Positions 1-8,091 of a stretch of 25,517 nt of DNA are shown here, piece by piece. The notes beneath the pieces were generated by a model. It was not told the DNA's origin and searched no databases. It saw nothing but the letters and a program-made list of their open reading frames with translations. The translations under genes were made by a program, and so were the position numbers. The stretch covers positions 1 through 25,517 of the forward strand of contig NZ_CALXEE010000026.1 in NCBI RefSeq assembly GCF_944387245.1. Direction: 5' to 3'. This stretch comes from an uncultured Intestinimonas sp. GTDB taxonomy: Bacteria > Bacillota > Clostridia > Oscillospirales > Oscillospiraceae. Each line of letters opens with the position of its first letter. Position 1 is the first letter of the stretch.

Positions 1-75
1 GGGTGAGGGGGTGTTAGAAAAAAGCAAAGGCTGAATCGGCCGTGCCGGCCCACCCCAAAAACAGCAGCGTCACAC

Positions 76-110
76 AAAAAAGGCCGCGCCCGGTCAAGCC
101 GGGCGCGGCC
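76..110 (-). terminator. Rho-independent terminator (minus strand) behind the degV 3' relic
   Basis: Perfect 12-bp GC stem ggccgcgcccgg (82-93) / ccgggcgcggcc (99-110) with a 5-nt loop. The A-run at 76-81 reads as a T-run on the minus strand. Confidence 0.7.
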
Positions 111-122
111 CCATACCTTATT

Positions 123-181
123 TTATTCCTTTACAAAATAGGCGATACCGGTGCAGCCGGGTCCGGCATGCGTGCCGTCTC
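123..181 (-). pseudogene. Relic copy of the last ~19 codons plus stop of a degV gene
   Basis: Minus-strand translation GDGTHAGPGCTGIAYFVKE* matches the C-terminus of the intact DegV at 339-1178 (..GTHAGPGCTGIAYFVKE*). Nucleotide similarity to 342-397 is visible by eye. An in-frame TGA lies ~12 codons upstream and there is no start codon. Confidence 0.6.
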
Positions 182-338
182 CCCAAAAAGTCACGCCTTT
201 TTGGGGACCCCCGATTTCACTTCACATGCTCGGGGCAAATGAATTGCCCCTGCGCCAAGGTCCCGGATAAGCCGGGACTCTTGTACGCCGCTGACGCGGC
301 GGCCCGTGGTCGGTACACCGGCCCCGGGGGAACTCCGG

Positions 339-1178
339 TCACTCCTTTACAAAATAGGCGATGCCGGTACAACCGGGGCCAGCGTGAGTGCCGACCACGG
401 AACCAATGGAGCTCTCCAGAATCTCCGCGCCGGGGACGCTGGCCGCCAGAGCGGCCTCGCACTCGGCCATAACGTCGGGGCTGTCGGCGTTGCCGAAGGA
501 GACAGGCAGGGAAGTGTCCGCCGGCTCGGCCTGGAGCTGCTTCTCCATCCACTGGAAGGCGCCCTTCCGGCCCCGAGACTTGGCCGCCGCCTCCACCACG
601 CCGTCCCGGATGTTCAGGATGGGGGTGATGCCCAGCATGCCGCCCACCACGGCGGCGGTGCCCGAGATGCGCCCGCCCATCTTCAGGTACTTCAGGGTGC
701 TCACCACCGCGTAGAACCGCACCCGCTTGGCCAGCTCCTGCACCTTTTCGGCGATGGTCCGGGCGTCCAGACCCTGGTCCCGCAGACGGGCCGCCATCTC
801 CACCAGCAGCCCCAGGCCAAAGGTCACCGTGGTGGAGTCCACCACAAAGATGCTCTCCTCGTCCACCATGTCCCGGGCAATCATGGCCGACTGGCAGGTG
901 CCCGAGAGCTGGGAGGCGATGAACAGCCCCACCACCTGGTCCCCGGCGTCCACATGGGCCTGGAACCGACGGGCAAACTCCTCCGGGTTCACCTGGGCCG
1001 TGGTAGGCAGGGTCTCCGCCGTCCGCAGCCGGGCGTAAAATTCCTCGTTGCTCAGGTCGATGCCGTCCAGGAAGGACTCCTCCCCAAAGTGGACGGAGAG
1101 AGGGACCACCTCCACCCCCAGGGCCTTCTGCCGCTCCGGGGAGAGATCACAGGTGCTGTCGGTGACGATGCGTACCAT
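339..1178 (-). CDS. DegV family fatty-acid-binding protein
   Basis: 279-aa ORF. The N-terminus MVRIVTDSTCDL and the overall pattern are typical of DegV/FakB-type proteins. A GAGGT RBS precedes the ATG, which lies 15 nt after the marR stop (operon). Confidence 0.9.
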   Translation of the reverse strand: MVRIVTDSTCDLSPERQKALGVEVVPLSVHFGEESFLDGIDLSNEEFYARLRTAETLPTTAQVNPEEFARRFQAHVDAGDQVVGLFIASQLSGTCQSAMIARDMVDEESIFVVDSTTVTFGLGLLVEMAARLRDQGLDARTIAEKVQELAKRVRFYAVVSTLKYLKMGGRISGTAAVVGGMLGITPILNIRDGVVEAAAKSRGRKGAFQWMEKQLQAEPADTSLPVSFGNADSPDVMAECEAALAASVPGAEILESSIGSVVGTHAGPGCTGIAYFVKE

Positions 1179-1193
1179 ACTTCTTACCTCACT

Positions 1194-1658
1194 TTATGCT
1201 TCATTGGGGCTTTCTTCCGGCGCAAAAAACCGGGCCAGCTTCCCCAGGGCCCTCACCAGGGCGTCACACTCCTCCGGCGTCAGCCCCTCCAGGACCTGCT
1301 CCACCATCTGCCGGTGAAATTCCCGGTGGGCTGCGTCCGCCTCACGGGCCAGCGGCGTGGGCAGAATCCGCACCGCCCGCCGGTCCTTCTCGTCCCGCTG
1401 CCGCTCCACGTAGCCCTTCCGCTCCAGCAGGTTCACCGCCGTGGTCAGAGTTCCCGCCGTCACCCCCTGGGCCGCCGCGATGGCCGTGGCACGGTTGTCT
1501 CCGCCGTGGTCCGCCGCCCGGCACACCGTGTCGATCAGATGGATCTCCCGCAGGGACAGCTTGGGGTACTCCGCCGTCAGGACCTCCTCCTCCCGGCGCA
1601 GGATCTGGTCAAAAACCTCCACCAGAAACTGATTGATCTTGGCGCCCCGCACCTCCAT
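1194..1658 (-). CDS. MarR family transcriptional regulator
   Basis: 154-aa ORF with a winged-helix MarR-type core (LSLREIHLIDTV...GVTAGTLTTAVNLLERKGYVERQRDEKDRRAVRI). AAGGAGG RBS upstream of the ATG at 1658. Confidence 0.85.
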   Translation of the reverse strand: MEVRGAKINQFLVEVFDQILRREEEVLTAEYPKLSLREIHLIDTVCRAADHGGDNRATAIAAAQGVTAGTLTTAVNLLERKGYVERQRDEKDRRAVRILPTPLAREADAAHREFHRQMVEQVLEGLTPEECDALVRALGKLARFFAPEESPNEA

Positions 1659-1675
1659 GCCGCCGCCTCCTTTTC

Positions 1676-1748
1676 TTTGAAGTTCAAAACATTGGCATTG
1701 TATCTGGTCTCGCGCCGCTTGTCAAGCATTTTTAGTTTGAATTTCAAA
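1676..1748 (-). promoter_or_regulatory. marR-degV promoter flanked by two palindromic operator candidates
   Basis: Minus strand: -35 TTGACA (1720-1725), 17-nt spacer, -10 TACAAT (1697-1702). The palindromes TTTGAAgTTCAAA (1676-1688) and TTTGAAtTTCAAA (1736-1748) bracket the promoter. Confidence 0.6.
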
Positions 1749-1798
1749 TAAAACCTTGAATTTTTACTTTTTACCAAAAAATGGACCCCTATGGGCAG

Positions 1799-1830
1799 CA
1801 AAAAACCGCCTGCGCATGCAGGCGGTTTTC
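1799..1830 (-). terminator. rpsT terminator (bidirectional shape)
   Basis: Stem accgcctgc (1805-1813) / gcaggcggt (1818-1826) with a 4-nt loop. An A-run lies on one side and a T-run on the other. It sits 20 nt downstream of the rpsT stop. Confidence 0.8.
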
Positions 1831-1849
1831 AGGCGATGATCTGTGCGCC

Positions 1850-2113
1850 TCAGGCCAGCTTGTTCAGCTTGATGGTCATGGCGCTCTTCTTGTTGGCCGC
1901 GTTGTTGCGGTGCAGCAGACCCTTGGCGGCAGCCTTGTCGATGGCCTTCACCGTGGCCTTGTAGACAACATCGGCCTCGCTGCGGTTGCCTTCGGCCACC
2001 ACGGCGTCAAACTTCTTGATCTGGGTCTTCAGCGCAGACTTGGCCGCCTTGTTCCGGGCCGCCTTGGTCTCGTTGACCAGCACGCGCTTCTTGGCAGACT
2101 TGATATTCGGCAA
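1850..2113 (-). CDS. rpsT: 30S ribosomal protein S20
   Basis: The ORF track gives 1850-2149. The canonical S20 N-terminus (M)PNIKSAKKR starts at the in-frame TTG at 2113, preceded by GGAGGAGG, giving 87 aa. Confidence 0.93.
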   Translation of the reverse strand: MPNIKSAKKRVLVNETKAARNKAAKSALKTQIKKFDAVVAEGNRSEADVVYKATVKAIDKAAAKGLLHRNNAANKKSAMTIKLNKLA

Positions 2114-2172
2114 ACCAAACACCTCCTCCGATGGTATAATCATATCCACGGGACCTGCCCGTGCAGGTATCC

Positions 2173-2201
2173 ATTTTAACAGAAGCCTTGAAAAAATGCA
2201 A
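2173..2201 (-). promoter_or_regulatory. Candidate sigma-A promoter of rpsT
   Basis: Minus strand: -35 TTGCAT (2196-2201), 17-nt spacer, -10 TAAAAT (2173-2178). Confidence 0.5.
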
Positions 2202-2312
2202 CCTTTTTTTTAAATTTTTTTGTGCTTTGGATAGAAAATTTGATTTTCGCAAAAAATAGGGGTCAAATGGCGATGCAGACACTATATCTTGCGGAAGGGA
2301 GCGTGGTGATCC

Positions 2313-3224
2313 ATGCTGACGCGGCGGACGGATCTGGCGGTGGAGGCGGAGGCCCTGGCCAGAGCGGGGCAGGAGACCCCGGCGCCGGAGGGGGTGCGGG
2401 TGCAGGAGGAGCGCCGGGAGGGCTGCCCGGTGACCCGGGTGGAGATTTTGAACGGCAGGGGGGAGGAGGCCCTGGGTAAGCCTGTTGGGACCTACGTGAC
2501 GGTGGACCTGACCGGGCTGACGCGCAGGGAGGAGGAGGCCTTTCCCCGGTCCTGCCGGGCCCTGGCGGGGGAGCTCTCCCATCTGCTCCGGCGGTGCCGG
2601 GTGCCGGAAAAGGCCCCGGTGCTGGTGGTGGGCCTGGGCAACCGCGCCATCACCCCCGACGCCGTGGGACCCGGCGCCGCCGACCACACCCTGGTGACCC
2701 GCCACCTCATCGACCAAGCACCGGAGCACTTTGGAGATTTTAGGCCGGTGGCCGCTCTGGCGGCGGGGGTGCTGGGCACCACCGGCGTGGAGAGCGGGGA
2801 GCTGGCCCAGGCGGTGGCGGGGAAGGTAAAGCCGGGCTGCGTCATCGCCGTGGACGCCCTGGCCGCCCGGAGTCTGGACCGCATCTGTGCCACGGTGCAG
2901 CTCTCCGACACCGGCATCGTCCCCGGCTCCGGGGTGGGCAACCACCGCTTCGCCCTCAACGAAAAGACCCTGGGGGTGCCCGTCATCGCCGTGGGGGTGC
3001 CCACGGTGGTGGACGGCGCCACCCTGGCCCTGGACATCCTGGAGGAGGCCGGCCGGGACGACCTGGACCCCGCCGCCCTCCGTGGGGTGGGGGGGAGCCT
3101 CATGGTCACCCCCAGGGACATCGACCAGCGGGTCAAGGACATGGCCAAGGTCATCGGCTTTGGCATCGACCTGGCCCTCCACCCCCGCCTCTCCGTGGAG
3201 GACGTGGAGCTGTTTTTGTCCTGA
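2313..3224 (+). CDS. gpr: Germination protease GPR (spore endopeptidase)
   Basis: 303 aa. It has the N-terminal RTDLAVEA motif, plus VLVVGLGN..ITPDAVGP and LSDTGIVPGSGVGN motifs typical of GPR. It is divergent from rpsT, as in Bacillus and Clostridium. Confidence 0.9.
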   Translation: MLTRRTDLAVEAEALARAGQETPAPEGVRVQEERREGCPVTRVEILNGRGEEALGKPVGTYVTVDLTGLTRREEEAFPRSCRALAGELSHLLRRCRVPEKAPVLVVGLGNRAITPDAVGPGAADHTLVTRHLIDQAPEHFGDFRPVAALAAGVLGTTGVESGELAQAVAGKVKPGCVIAVDALAARSLDRICATVQLSDTGIVPGSGVGNHRFALNEKTLGVPVIAVGVPTVVDGATLALDILEEAGRDDLDPAALRGVGGSLMVTPRDIDQRVKDMAKVIGFGIDLALHPRLSVEDVELFLS

Positions 3225-3265
3225 GGGGGGAATCTGTGGCCGCAGGCGACTGAGAGAGAAACGGT

Positions 3266-3601
3266 CTCCGGCGGGCCCCTTTCTGGATGACCAGAAAGGG
3301 GCGAAAGAGTCAGTCAAAGAGGGGGATTTCGATTTCCCCCCTTCCCGACACCCAACCCCCTTGAAACGACCAAACACAGGCAAAAGGGGACCCAAATGGA
3401 GCCCAGCGAAGCGGGTCCATTTGGGGGAGGAGGGGCAAGGGAGCCGAGCGAGACCTGGCCGTCAGGCCAGGGTGAGCGGTGCGGACTTTGTCCCGACGAC
3501 GGCCCCCCTATTGGAAGTACCCCCCGGGGCTCTTCTACTGTTACGCCACTTGCACCGTCGGCTTACTCCGTAACGCCGCCGGTGCCCGGGCGTAGGGGCG
3601 G
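3266..3601 (+). repeat. Family-A repeat, copy 1 (~336 bp, hairpin-rich)
   Basis: Aligns by eye at roughly 90% identity with 5508-5853 in the same orientation. Contains hairpins cccctttctgg-atga-ccagaaagggg, cccaaatgga..tccatttggg and ctggcc-gtca-ggccag. Starts 42 nt after the gpr stop. Confidence 0.85.
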
Positions 3602-3630
3602 ATAGCATCTACCCTTACCCCAAACCAGCA

Positions 3631-3673
3631 GCGTGGTACCGTGGCGCGTCTGGCAAACCGTGCCCCACAAATG
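3631..3673 (-). repeat. Family-C hairpin, inverted copy
   Basis: The reverse complement reads catttgtggggcacggtttgccagacgcgccacggtacc. This matches the motif TGTGGGGCGCG-GCTTCCCAGA-CGCGCC seen at 5875, 9121, 13893 and 16501. Confidence 0.7.
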
Positions 3674-3766
3674 AAACTTTCCCGTATCGGTGCGGCGGGC
3701 GATCAAAGGCCGCCCCTACACAGGCAAAACAGTGTCCAAAACCGTGCTTTCTTTCCGTCCCAGCCC

Positions 3767-3795
3767 TTGACGGCGGGGTGAAAGGGTGATAAAAT
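3767..3795 (+). promoter_or_regulatory. glyQS promoter
   Basis: -35 TTGACG (3767-3772), 17-nt spacer, extended -10 TGaTAAAAT (3787-3795). Confidence 0.7.
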
Positions 3796-3814
3796 GGCTC
3801 CACATTGGAAAAGG

Positions 3815-4041
3815 CAGTGACCGGGAGAAGTACGCGAGGACCCGGACCGCAGAGAGGAGCCGCTTGGGTGCAAGGCTCCCGACGGTCCCGCGGAAGGCGC
3901 CCGTGAGCCGCGGAGCGGAAATGCTCCGCCGTCTCGTCCCCGTTACGGACTTCGAGTGTGCGCCCCACGGGGCGTAAATTCAGGTGGTACCACGGACCGT
4001 CAGCGTTCGCCCTGAGCCATAAGCTCAGGGCGTTTTCTTTT
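3815..4041 (+). promoter_or_regulatory. T-box riboswitch leader, glycine (GGC) specifier, with intrinsic terminator
   Basis: AGAGAG plus a distal GGTGCAA loop (3851-3875). Specifier loop GAA-GGC-G..GTGAGC, with GGC at 3896-3898. Stem III cgcccc-ac-ggggcg. T-box motif AAATTCAGGTGGTACCACGG (3976-3995). Terminator cgccctgagc/gctcagggcg (4008-4032) followed by a T-run to 4041. Confidence 0.9.
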
Positions 4042-4077
4042 GCTTACCTTTATTTTTGTCATAAGGAGTGTCTCCCC

Positions 4078-5499
4078 ATGAAAAACACCGAAAAGACCAT
4101 GGAACAGATCGTAGCCCTGTGCAAGGGCCGTGGCTTCATCTTCGCCGGCAGCGAGATCTACGGCGGCCTGGCCAACACCTGGGACTACGGCCCCCTGGGT
4201 GTGGAGCTCAAGAACAACGTGAAAAAAGCCTGGTGGAAGAAGTTCGTCCAGGAGAACCCCTACAACGTGGGTCTGGACGCCGCCATCCTCATGAACCCCC
4301 AGGTGTGGGTGGCCTCCGGCCACGTGGGCGGCTTCTCCGACCCCCTCATGGACTGCAAGGAGTGCAAGGAGCGCTTCCGCGCCGACAAGGTCATTGAGGA
4401 CTGGTGCGCCGAGACCGGCTTCACCCTGCCCAAGCCGGTGGACGCCCTGTCCCAGGATGAGATGAAGGCCTTCGTGGAGGAGCACAACATCCCCTGCCCC
4501 TCCTGCGGCAAGCACAACTGGACCGACATCCGCCAGTTCAACCTGATGTTCAAGACCTTCCAGGGCGTCACCGAGGACGCCAAGAACACCGTCTACCTGC
4601 GCCCCGAGACCGCCCAGGGTATCTTTGTCAACTTCCAGAACGTCCAGCGCACCACCCGCAGAAAGCTGCCCTTCGGCGTGTGCCAGGTGGGCAAGAGCTT
4701 CCGCAACGAGATCACCCCCGGCAACTTCACCTTCCGCACCCGTGAGTTCGAGCAAATGGAGCTGGAGTTCTTCTGCCAGCCCGGCACCGAGCTGGATTGG
4801 TTCAAGTACTGGAAGGAGTTCTGCCACAAGTGGCTGCTGGACCTGGGCATGAAGGACGAGAACCTGCGGCTCCGGGACCACGATCCCGAGGAGCTCTCCC
4901 ACTACTCCAACGCCACCACCGACTTTGAGTTCGTCTTCCCCTTCGGCTGGGGCGAGCTGTGGGGCGTGGCCAGCCGCACCAACTTCGACCTGAACGCCCA
5001 CCAGACCACCTCCGGCAAGGACATGACCTACTTCGACCAGGAGAAGAACGAGCACTATATCCCCTACGTCATCGAGCCCTCCCTGGGCGCCGACCGCGTG
5101 ACCCTAGCCTTCCTGGTGGACGCCTACGACGAGGAGGTGGTGGACGCCGAGAAGAACGACGTCCGCACCGTCCTGCGGCTCCACCCCGCCCTGGCCCCCT
5201 TCAAGTGCGCCGTGCTGCCCCTCTCCAAGAAGCTGGGCGACAAGGCCCGGGAGATCCAGGCCGAGCTCTCCAAGTACTTCATGGTGGACTACGACGACGC
5301 CGGCTCCATCGGCAAGCGCTACCGCCGCGAGGACGAGATCGGCACCCCCTACTGCATCACCGTGGACTTCCAGACCGTGGGCGACGACAAGACCCCCGCT
5401 GACAACTGCGTCACCGTCCGCGACCGCGACACCATGGACCAGGTGCGGATTCCCATCGATCAGCTCAAGGACTATATCGCTGAAAGAATGGCGTTTTAA
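4078..5499 (+). CDS. glyQS: Glycine--tRNA ligase (class II, homodimeric GlyQS type)
   Basis: The ORF track starts at 3958 inside the T-box. The real start is ATG 4078 ([22 protein letters not shown]..) after AAGGAG. Class II motifs are present ([29 protein letters not shown]). Confidence 0.96.
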   Translation: MKNTEKTMEQIVALCKGRGFIFAGSEIYGGLANTWDYGPLGVELKNNVKKAWWKKFVQENPYNVGLDAAILMNPQVWVASGHVGGFSDPLMDCKECKERFRADKVIEDWCAETGFTLPKPVDALSQDEMKAFVEEHNIPCPSCGKHNWTDIRQFNLMFKTFQGVTEDAKNTVYLRPETAQGIFVNFQNVQRTTRRKLPFGVCQVGKSFRNEITPGNFTFRTREFEQMELEFFCQPGTELDWFKYWKEFCHKWLLDLGMKDENLRLRDHDPEELSHYSNATTDFEFVFPFGWGELWGVASRTNFDLNAHQTTSGKDMTYFDQEKNEHYIPYVIEPSLGADRVTLAFLVDAYDEEVVDAEKNDVRTVLRLHPALAPFKCAVLPLSKKLGDKAREIQAELSKYFMVDYDDAGSIGKRYRREDEIGTPYCITVDFQTVGDDKTPADNCVTVRDRDTMDQVRIPIDQLKDYIAERMAF

Positions 5500-5507
5500 G
5501 TAAATGC

Positions 5508-5853
5508 CTCCGGCGGGCCCCTTTCTGAATGACCAGAAAGGGGCGAAAGAGTCAGTCAAGGAGGGGGATTTCGATTTCCCCCTCCTTGACAATCCTCCCC
5601 TTAAAACGACCAAGCACAGGGAAAAGGGGACCCAAATGGAACCCGGCGAAGCGGGTCCATTTGGGAGAGGAGGGGCAAGGGAGCTCAGCGAGACCTGGCC
5701 GTCAGGCCGGGGTGAGCGGTGCGGACTTTGCCCCGACGATGGCCCCCCTATTGGAAGTACCCCCCGGGGCTCTTCTATCGTTACGCTGTCTGCACCGTCG
5801 GCTTACTTTGTAACGCCGCCGGCGCTCAGGCGTAGAGGCGGCCTACGGCCGCC
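5508..5853 (+). repeat. Family-A repeat, copy 2
   Basis: Direct repeat of 3266-3601. Starts 8 nt after the glyQS stop and ends in the hairpin ggcggcc-tac-ggccgcc. Confidence 0.85.
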
Positions 5854-5874
5854 CGTCGCGCCGCTATGGGACCC

Positions 5875-5916
5875 CATTGGCGCGGGGCGCGGCTTCCCAG
5901 ACGCGCCCGGTACCGC
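5875..5916 (+). repeat. Family-C hairpin
   Basis: cattggcgcggggcgcggcttcccagacgcgcccggtaccgc. Stem gggcgcg/cgcgccc with the conserved loop gcttcccaga. Confidence 0.7.
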
Positions 5917-5926
5917 ACCCAATATG

Positions 5927-5974
5927 CCCCCTCATCAGGTTGATTACGCCGCCGCTTCCCCCTGTGTGGGGAAG
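5927..5974 (+). repeat. Solo right-end-like module (CCTCATC + P-type palindrome)
   Basis: ccccctcatcagg ... cttcccc-ctgtgt-ggggaag (5955-5974). Same order as the right ends of the DUF559 element and the D elements, but with no partner left end nearby. Confidence 0.45.
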
Positions 5975-6007
5975 TTTTCCCCTTTCACAGACAAAAAGGA
6001 ATCAGAT

Positions 6008-7864
6008 ATGAAAAAAATCCCCCTCTTTCAGCGCCATGCCGACCAGTCCTGGCCGGTGTGGAAAACCACCCTCTTCTGGGGCTGGAACCTCTTCTGGGGC
6101 CTGTGTTCCGCCCTGGGCGTAGGCCTTGTGAGCCTGGTCTTTGCCGCCGTCATCGACCAGAAGGCCATGCTCCTGAGCTACTTCCAGAACCCCCTCATCG
6201 CCTTTCTGAACCTGGCCCCGGCGGTGCTCCTCTACTTCCTGCTCTATTTCATCCTGGGCCGGGCCTCCCTGGCCTACGCTCTCACCGCCGCCATCACCCT
6301 GGGCTTCACCATGGGCAGCTGGTTCAAGCTCCAGTTCCGCAACGACCCCCTCATGTTCGAGGACCTGCTCCTTCTGAAGGAGGCCGGCAACATGGCGGGG
6401 AAGTACCAGCTCTTCCTCACCAAGACTATGATCCTGGCCCTGGTGGTCCTCATCCTCGGCTGGCTCTTTCTCCACTTCTGCGTCCGGGGCCGCCCCGGCG
6501 CCCGCCTGCGGCTGCTGGGCTTCGCCCTGGCCGTCCTCTGCGCCCTCCCCGTGTGGAATATGACCCAGAGCGACGACATCTACAACAACCGCACCGCCAA
6601 CAACGGCCTCATCAACCAGTGGTCGGCCACTCAGGTCTACGTGTCCAAGGGCTTTGTCTATCCCTTCCTCCACAGCGTGAAGTCGGCCTCCGACGCCCCG
6701 CCGGAGGGCTATGACGCCGCCCGGGCCGAGACCATCCTGGCCGGCTGCGAGGACGCCGACATCCCCGAGAACAAAAAGGTGTCGGTGATCTCCATCATGC
6801 TGGAGTCCTACGACGACTTCTCCAAGTACGGCACCCCCACCCTGGACCCCAAGGTGTACGCCGACTACCACGCCCTGGAGGCCGAGAGCCTCACCGGCGA
6901 CCTCATCACCAACATCTTCGCCGGCGGCACCGTGGACTCGGAGCGGTGCTTCCTCACCGGGTTTGCCGATCTGGGCTCCTTCCGGTCGGCCACCAACTCC
7001 TACCCCTGGTACTTCCGCAGCCAGGGCTACACCGTTACCGGCTCCCATCCCTGCTACGCCTGGTTCTACAACCGGGAGAACATCAACGTGAACCTGGGCT
7101 TTGAGGACTACCGCTTCGTAGAGAACTACTTCTCTCCCATGACCGACGGCGGCGTGGGCTACGACGATCTCTTTTTCCCGGAGCTCATCAAGCTCTGGGA
7201 ACAGGACAAGGCCCTGGGTCAGCCCGTGTTCCAGTACAACCTCACCTACCAGGGCCACGGCCCCTACAACGACGACCAGACCTGGTGGGGCGACGACTAC
7301 GTACACAACGACAAGGGCTACACCCAGGCCGAGCTCAACATCCTCAACAACTACTTTGGCTCCGTCTACAACACCAACCAGAACCTGGTGGAGTTCTTCG
7401 ACTACTTCCGGGCAGAGGAGGAGCCGGTGGTCATCGTGGTCTTTGGCGACCACAACCCCTGGCTGGGGGACGGCAACTCGGTGTATGAGGCCATCGGCCT
7501 GGACCTGGACTTCTCCACCCCCGAGGGCTTTTACAACTACTACTCCACCCGGTACCTCATCTGGGCCAACGACGCCGCCAAGGAGGTTCTGGGCAACGAC
7601 TTCGTGGGGGAGGGCCCCACGGTGAGCCCCAACTTCCTCATGAACGTGGTCTTTGACGCCTGCGGCTGGGAGGGTCCGGCCTACATGCAGGCCACTCAGT
7701 CCGTCATGGAGCAGGTCCCCGTCATGAACACCCCCACCGGCCTCTACATGGAGGACGGCGCCCTCACCGGCACCCTCACCCCCGAGGGACAGGCCCTGGT
7801 CACCGACTACGACATGCTCCAGTACTACTACCGCAAGAACTTCATCTACGACGACCTGCGCTGA
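6008..7864 (+). CDS. LTA synthase family protein (membrane-anchored sulfatase / phosphoglycerol transferase-like)
   Basis: The ORF track starts at 5504 inside repeat A2. The likely start is ATG 6008 (MKKIPLFQ..) after AAAGGA. Several N-terminal TM helices are followed by a sulfatase-type domain (SIMLESYDDF, GGTVDSERCFLTG, VVFGDHNPW). Confidence 0.85.
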   Translation: MKKIPLFQRHADQSWPVWKTTLFWGWNLFWGLCSALGVGLVSLVFAAVIDQKAMLLSYFQNPLIAFLNLAPAVLLYFLLYFILGRASLAYALTAAITLGFTMGSWFKLQFRNDPLMFEDLLLLKEAGNMAGKYQLFLTKTMILALVVLILGWLFLHFCVRGRPGARLRLLGFALAVLCALPVWNMTQSDDIYNNRTANNGLINQWSATQVYVSKGFVYPFLHSVKSASDAPPEGYDAARAETILAGCEDADIPENKKVSVISIMLESYDDFSKYGTPTLDPKVYADYHALEAESLTGDLITNIFAGGTVDSERCFLTGFADLGSFRSATNSYPWYFRSQGYTVTGSHPCYAWFYNRENINVNLGFEDYRFVENYFSPMTDGGVGYDDLFFPELIKLWEQDKALGQPVFQYNLTYQGHGPYNDDQTWWGDDYVHNDKGYTQAELNILNNYFGSVYNTNQNLVEFFDYFRAEEEPVVIVVFGDHNPWLGDGNSVYEAIGLDLDFSTPEGFYNYYSTRYLIWANDAAKEVLGNDFVGEGPTVSPNFLMNVVFDACGWEGPAYMQATQSVMEQVPVMNTPTGLYMEDGALTGTLTPEGQALVTDYDMLQYYYRKNFIYDDLR

Positions 7865-7874
7865 TGGCAGGAGA

Positions 7875-7916
7875 GTGCCACGCCCCGCCGGTCCCGGCGG
7901 GGCGTGGCACTTTTTT
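7875..7916 (+). terminator. Rho-independent terminator of the LtaS-family gene
   Basis: 17-bp arms gtgccacgccccgccgg / ccggcggggcgtggcac, followed by TTTTTT (7911-7916). Confidence 0.85.
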
Positions 7917-7918
7917 GG

Positions 7919-7944
7919 ACCTTCCCCCCTGGTGGGGGAAGGTT
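7919..7944. repeat. Solo P-type palindrome
   Basis: accttccccc-ctggt-gggggaaggt, then tttt. There is no adjacent H hairpin or GGATGAGGG motif. Confidence 0.7.
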
Positions 7945-8091
7945 TTACGGAGGTCTTTCCACATTTCGCTCTTTTTTGTGGAAAGTTTCCCGCTATTTCA
8001 CCCCCCTTTCCCGGTACGCACCCAATTTTTCTCCACATTTCTATTTGAAATGTGGAAGGTTTTTAAAGAAATAAATTGGAGGCATACACCC

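Noticed and set aside
1-13. The window begins with gggtgagggggtg, which resembles the GGATGAGGG end motif of the D/DUF559 elements.
   Set aside because: It is truncated by the window edge, has one base missing relative to the motif, and no palindrome is visible, so it cannot be evaluated.
42-242. 66-aa + strand ORF at the left edge.
   Set aside because: It spans a terminator hairpin and the degV relic, has no RBS, and shows no family resemblance.
306-1751. Long antisense ORFs opposite real genes. Examples: 306-1751 +, 2007-3395 -, 4000-5055 -, 6002-8038 -, 8041-9153 -, 11106-12590 +, 14311-16134 +, 18480-19652 +, 20480-21940 +, 24096-25508 -.
   Set aside because: Their translations are Gly/Arg/Pro/Ala/His-rich low-complexity strings with no family resemblance. 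Each lies opposite a confidently recognised gene. This is a typical stop-codon-poor antisense artefact of GC-rich DNA.
2203-2312. Forespore sigma-F/sigma-G promoter for gpr.
   Set aside because: It is expected from biology, but I could not place a convincing GCATA/CATnnTA-type pair by eye, so it is not called.
3266-5853. Composite transposon or integrative cassette carrying glyQS between the A repeats.
   Set aside because: No transposase, integrase or recombinase ORF and no inverted terminal repeats are present. It is kept only as a recombination-substrate hypothesis in the findings.
5504-6007. N-terminal extensions of ORF-track entries: 5504-7864, 3958-5499, 7864-9033, 18483-19913, 14140-16140, 20606-21958, 1850-2149, 10464-10889.
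   Set aside because: The extensions run through repeats, the T-box leader, terminators or DnaA boxes, and they lack an RBS. Internal starts with good RBS give canonical N-termini.
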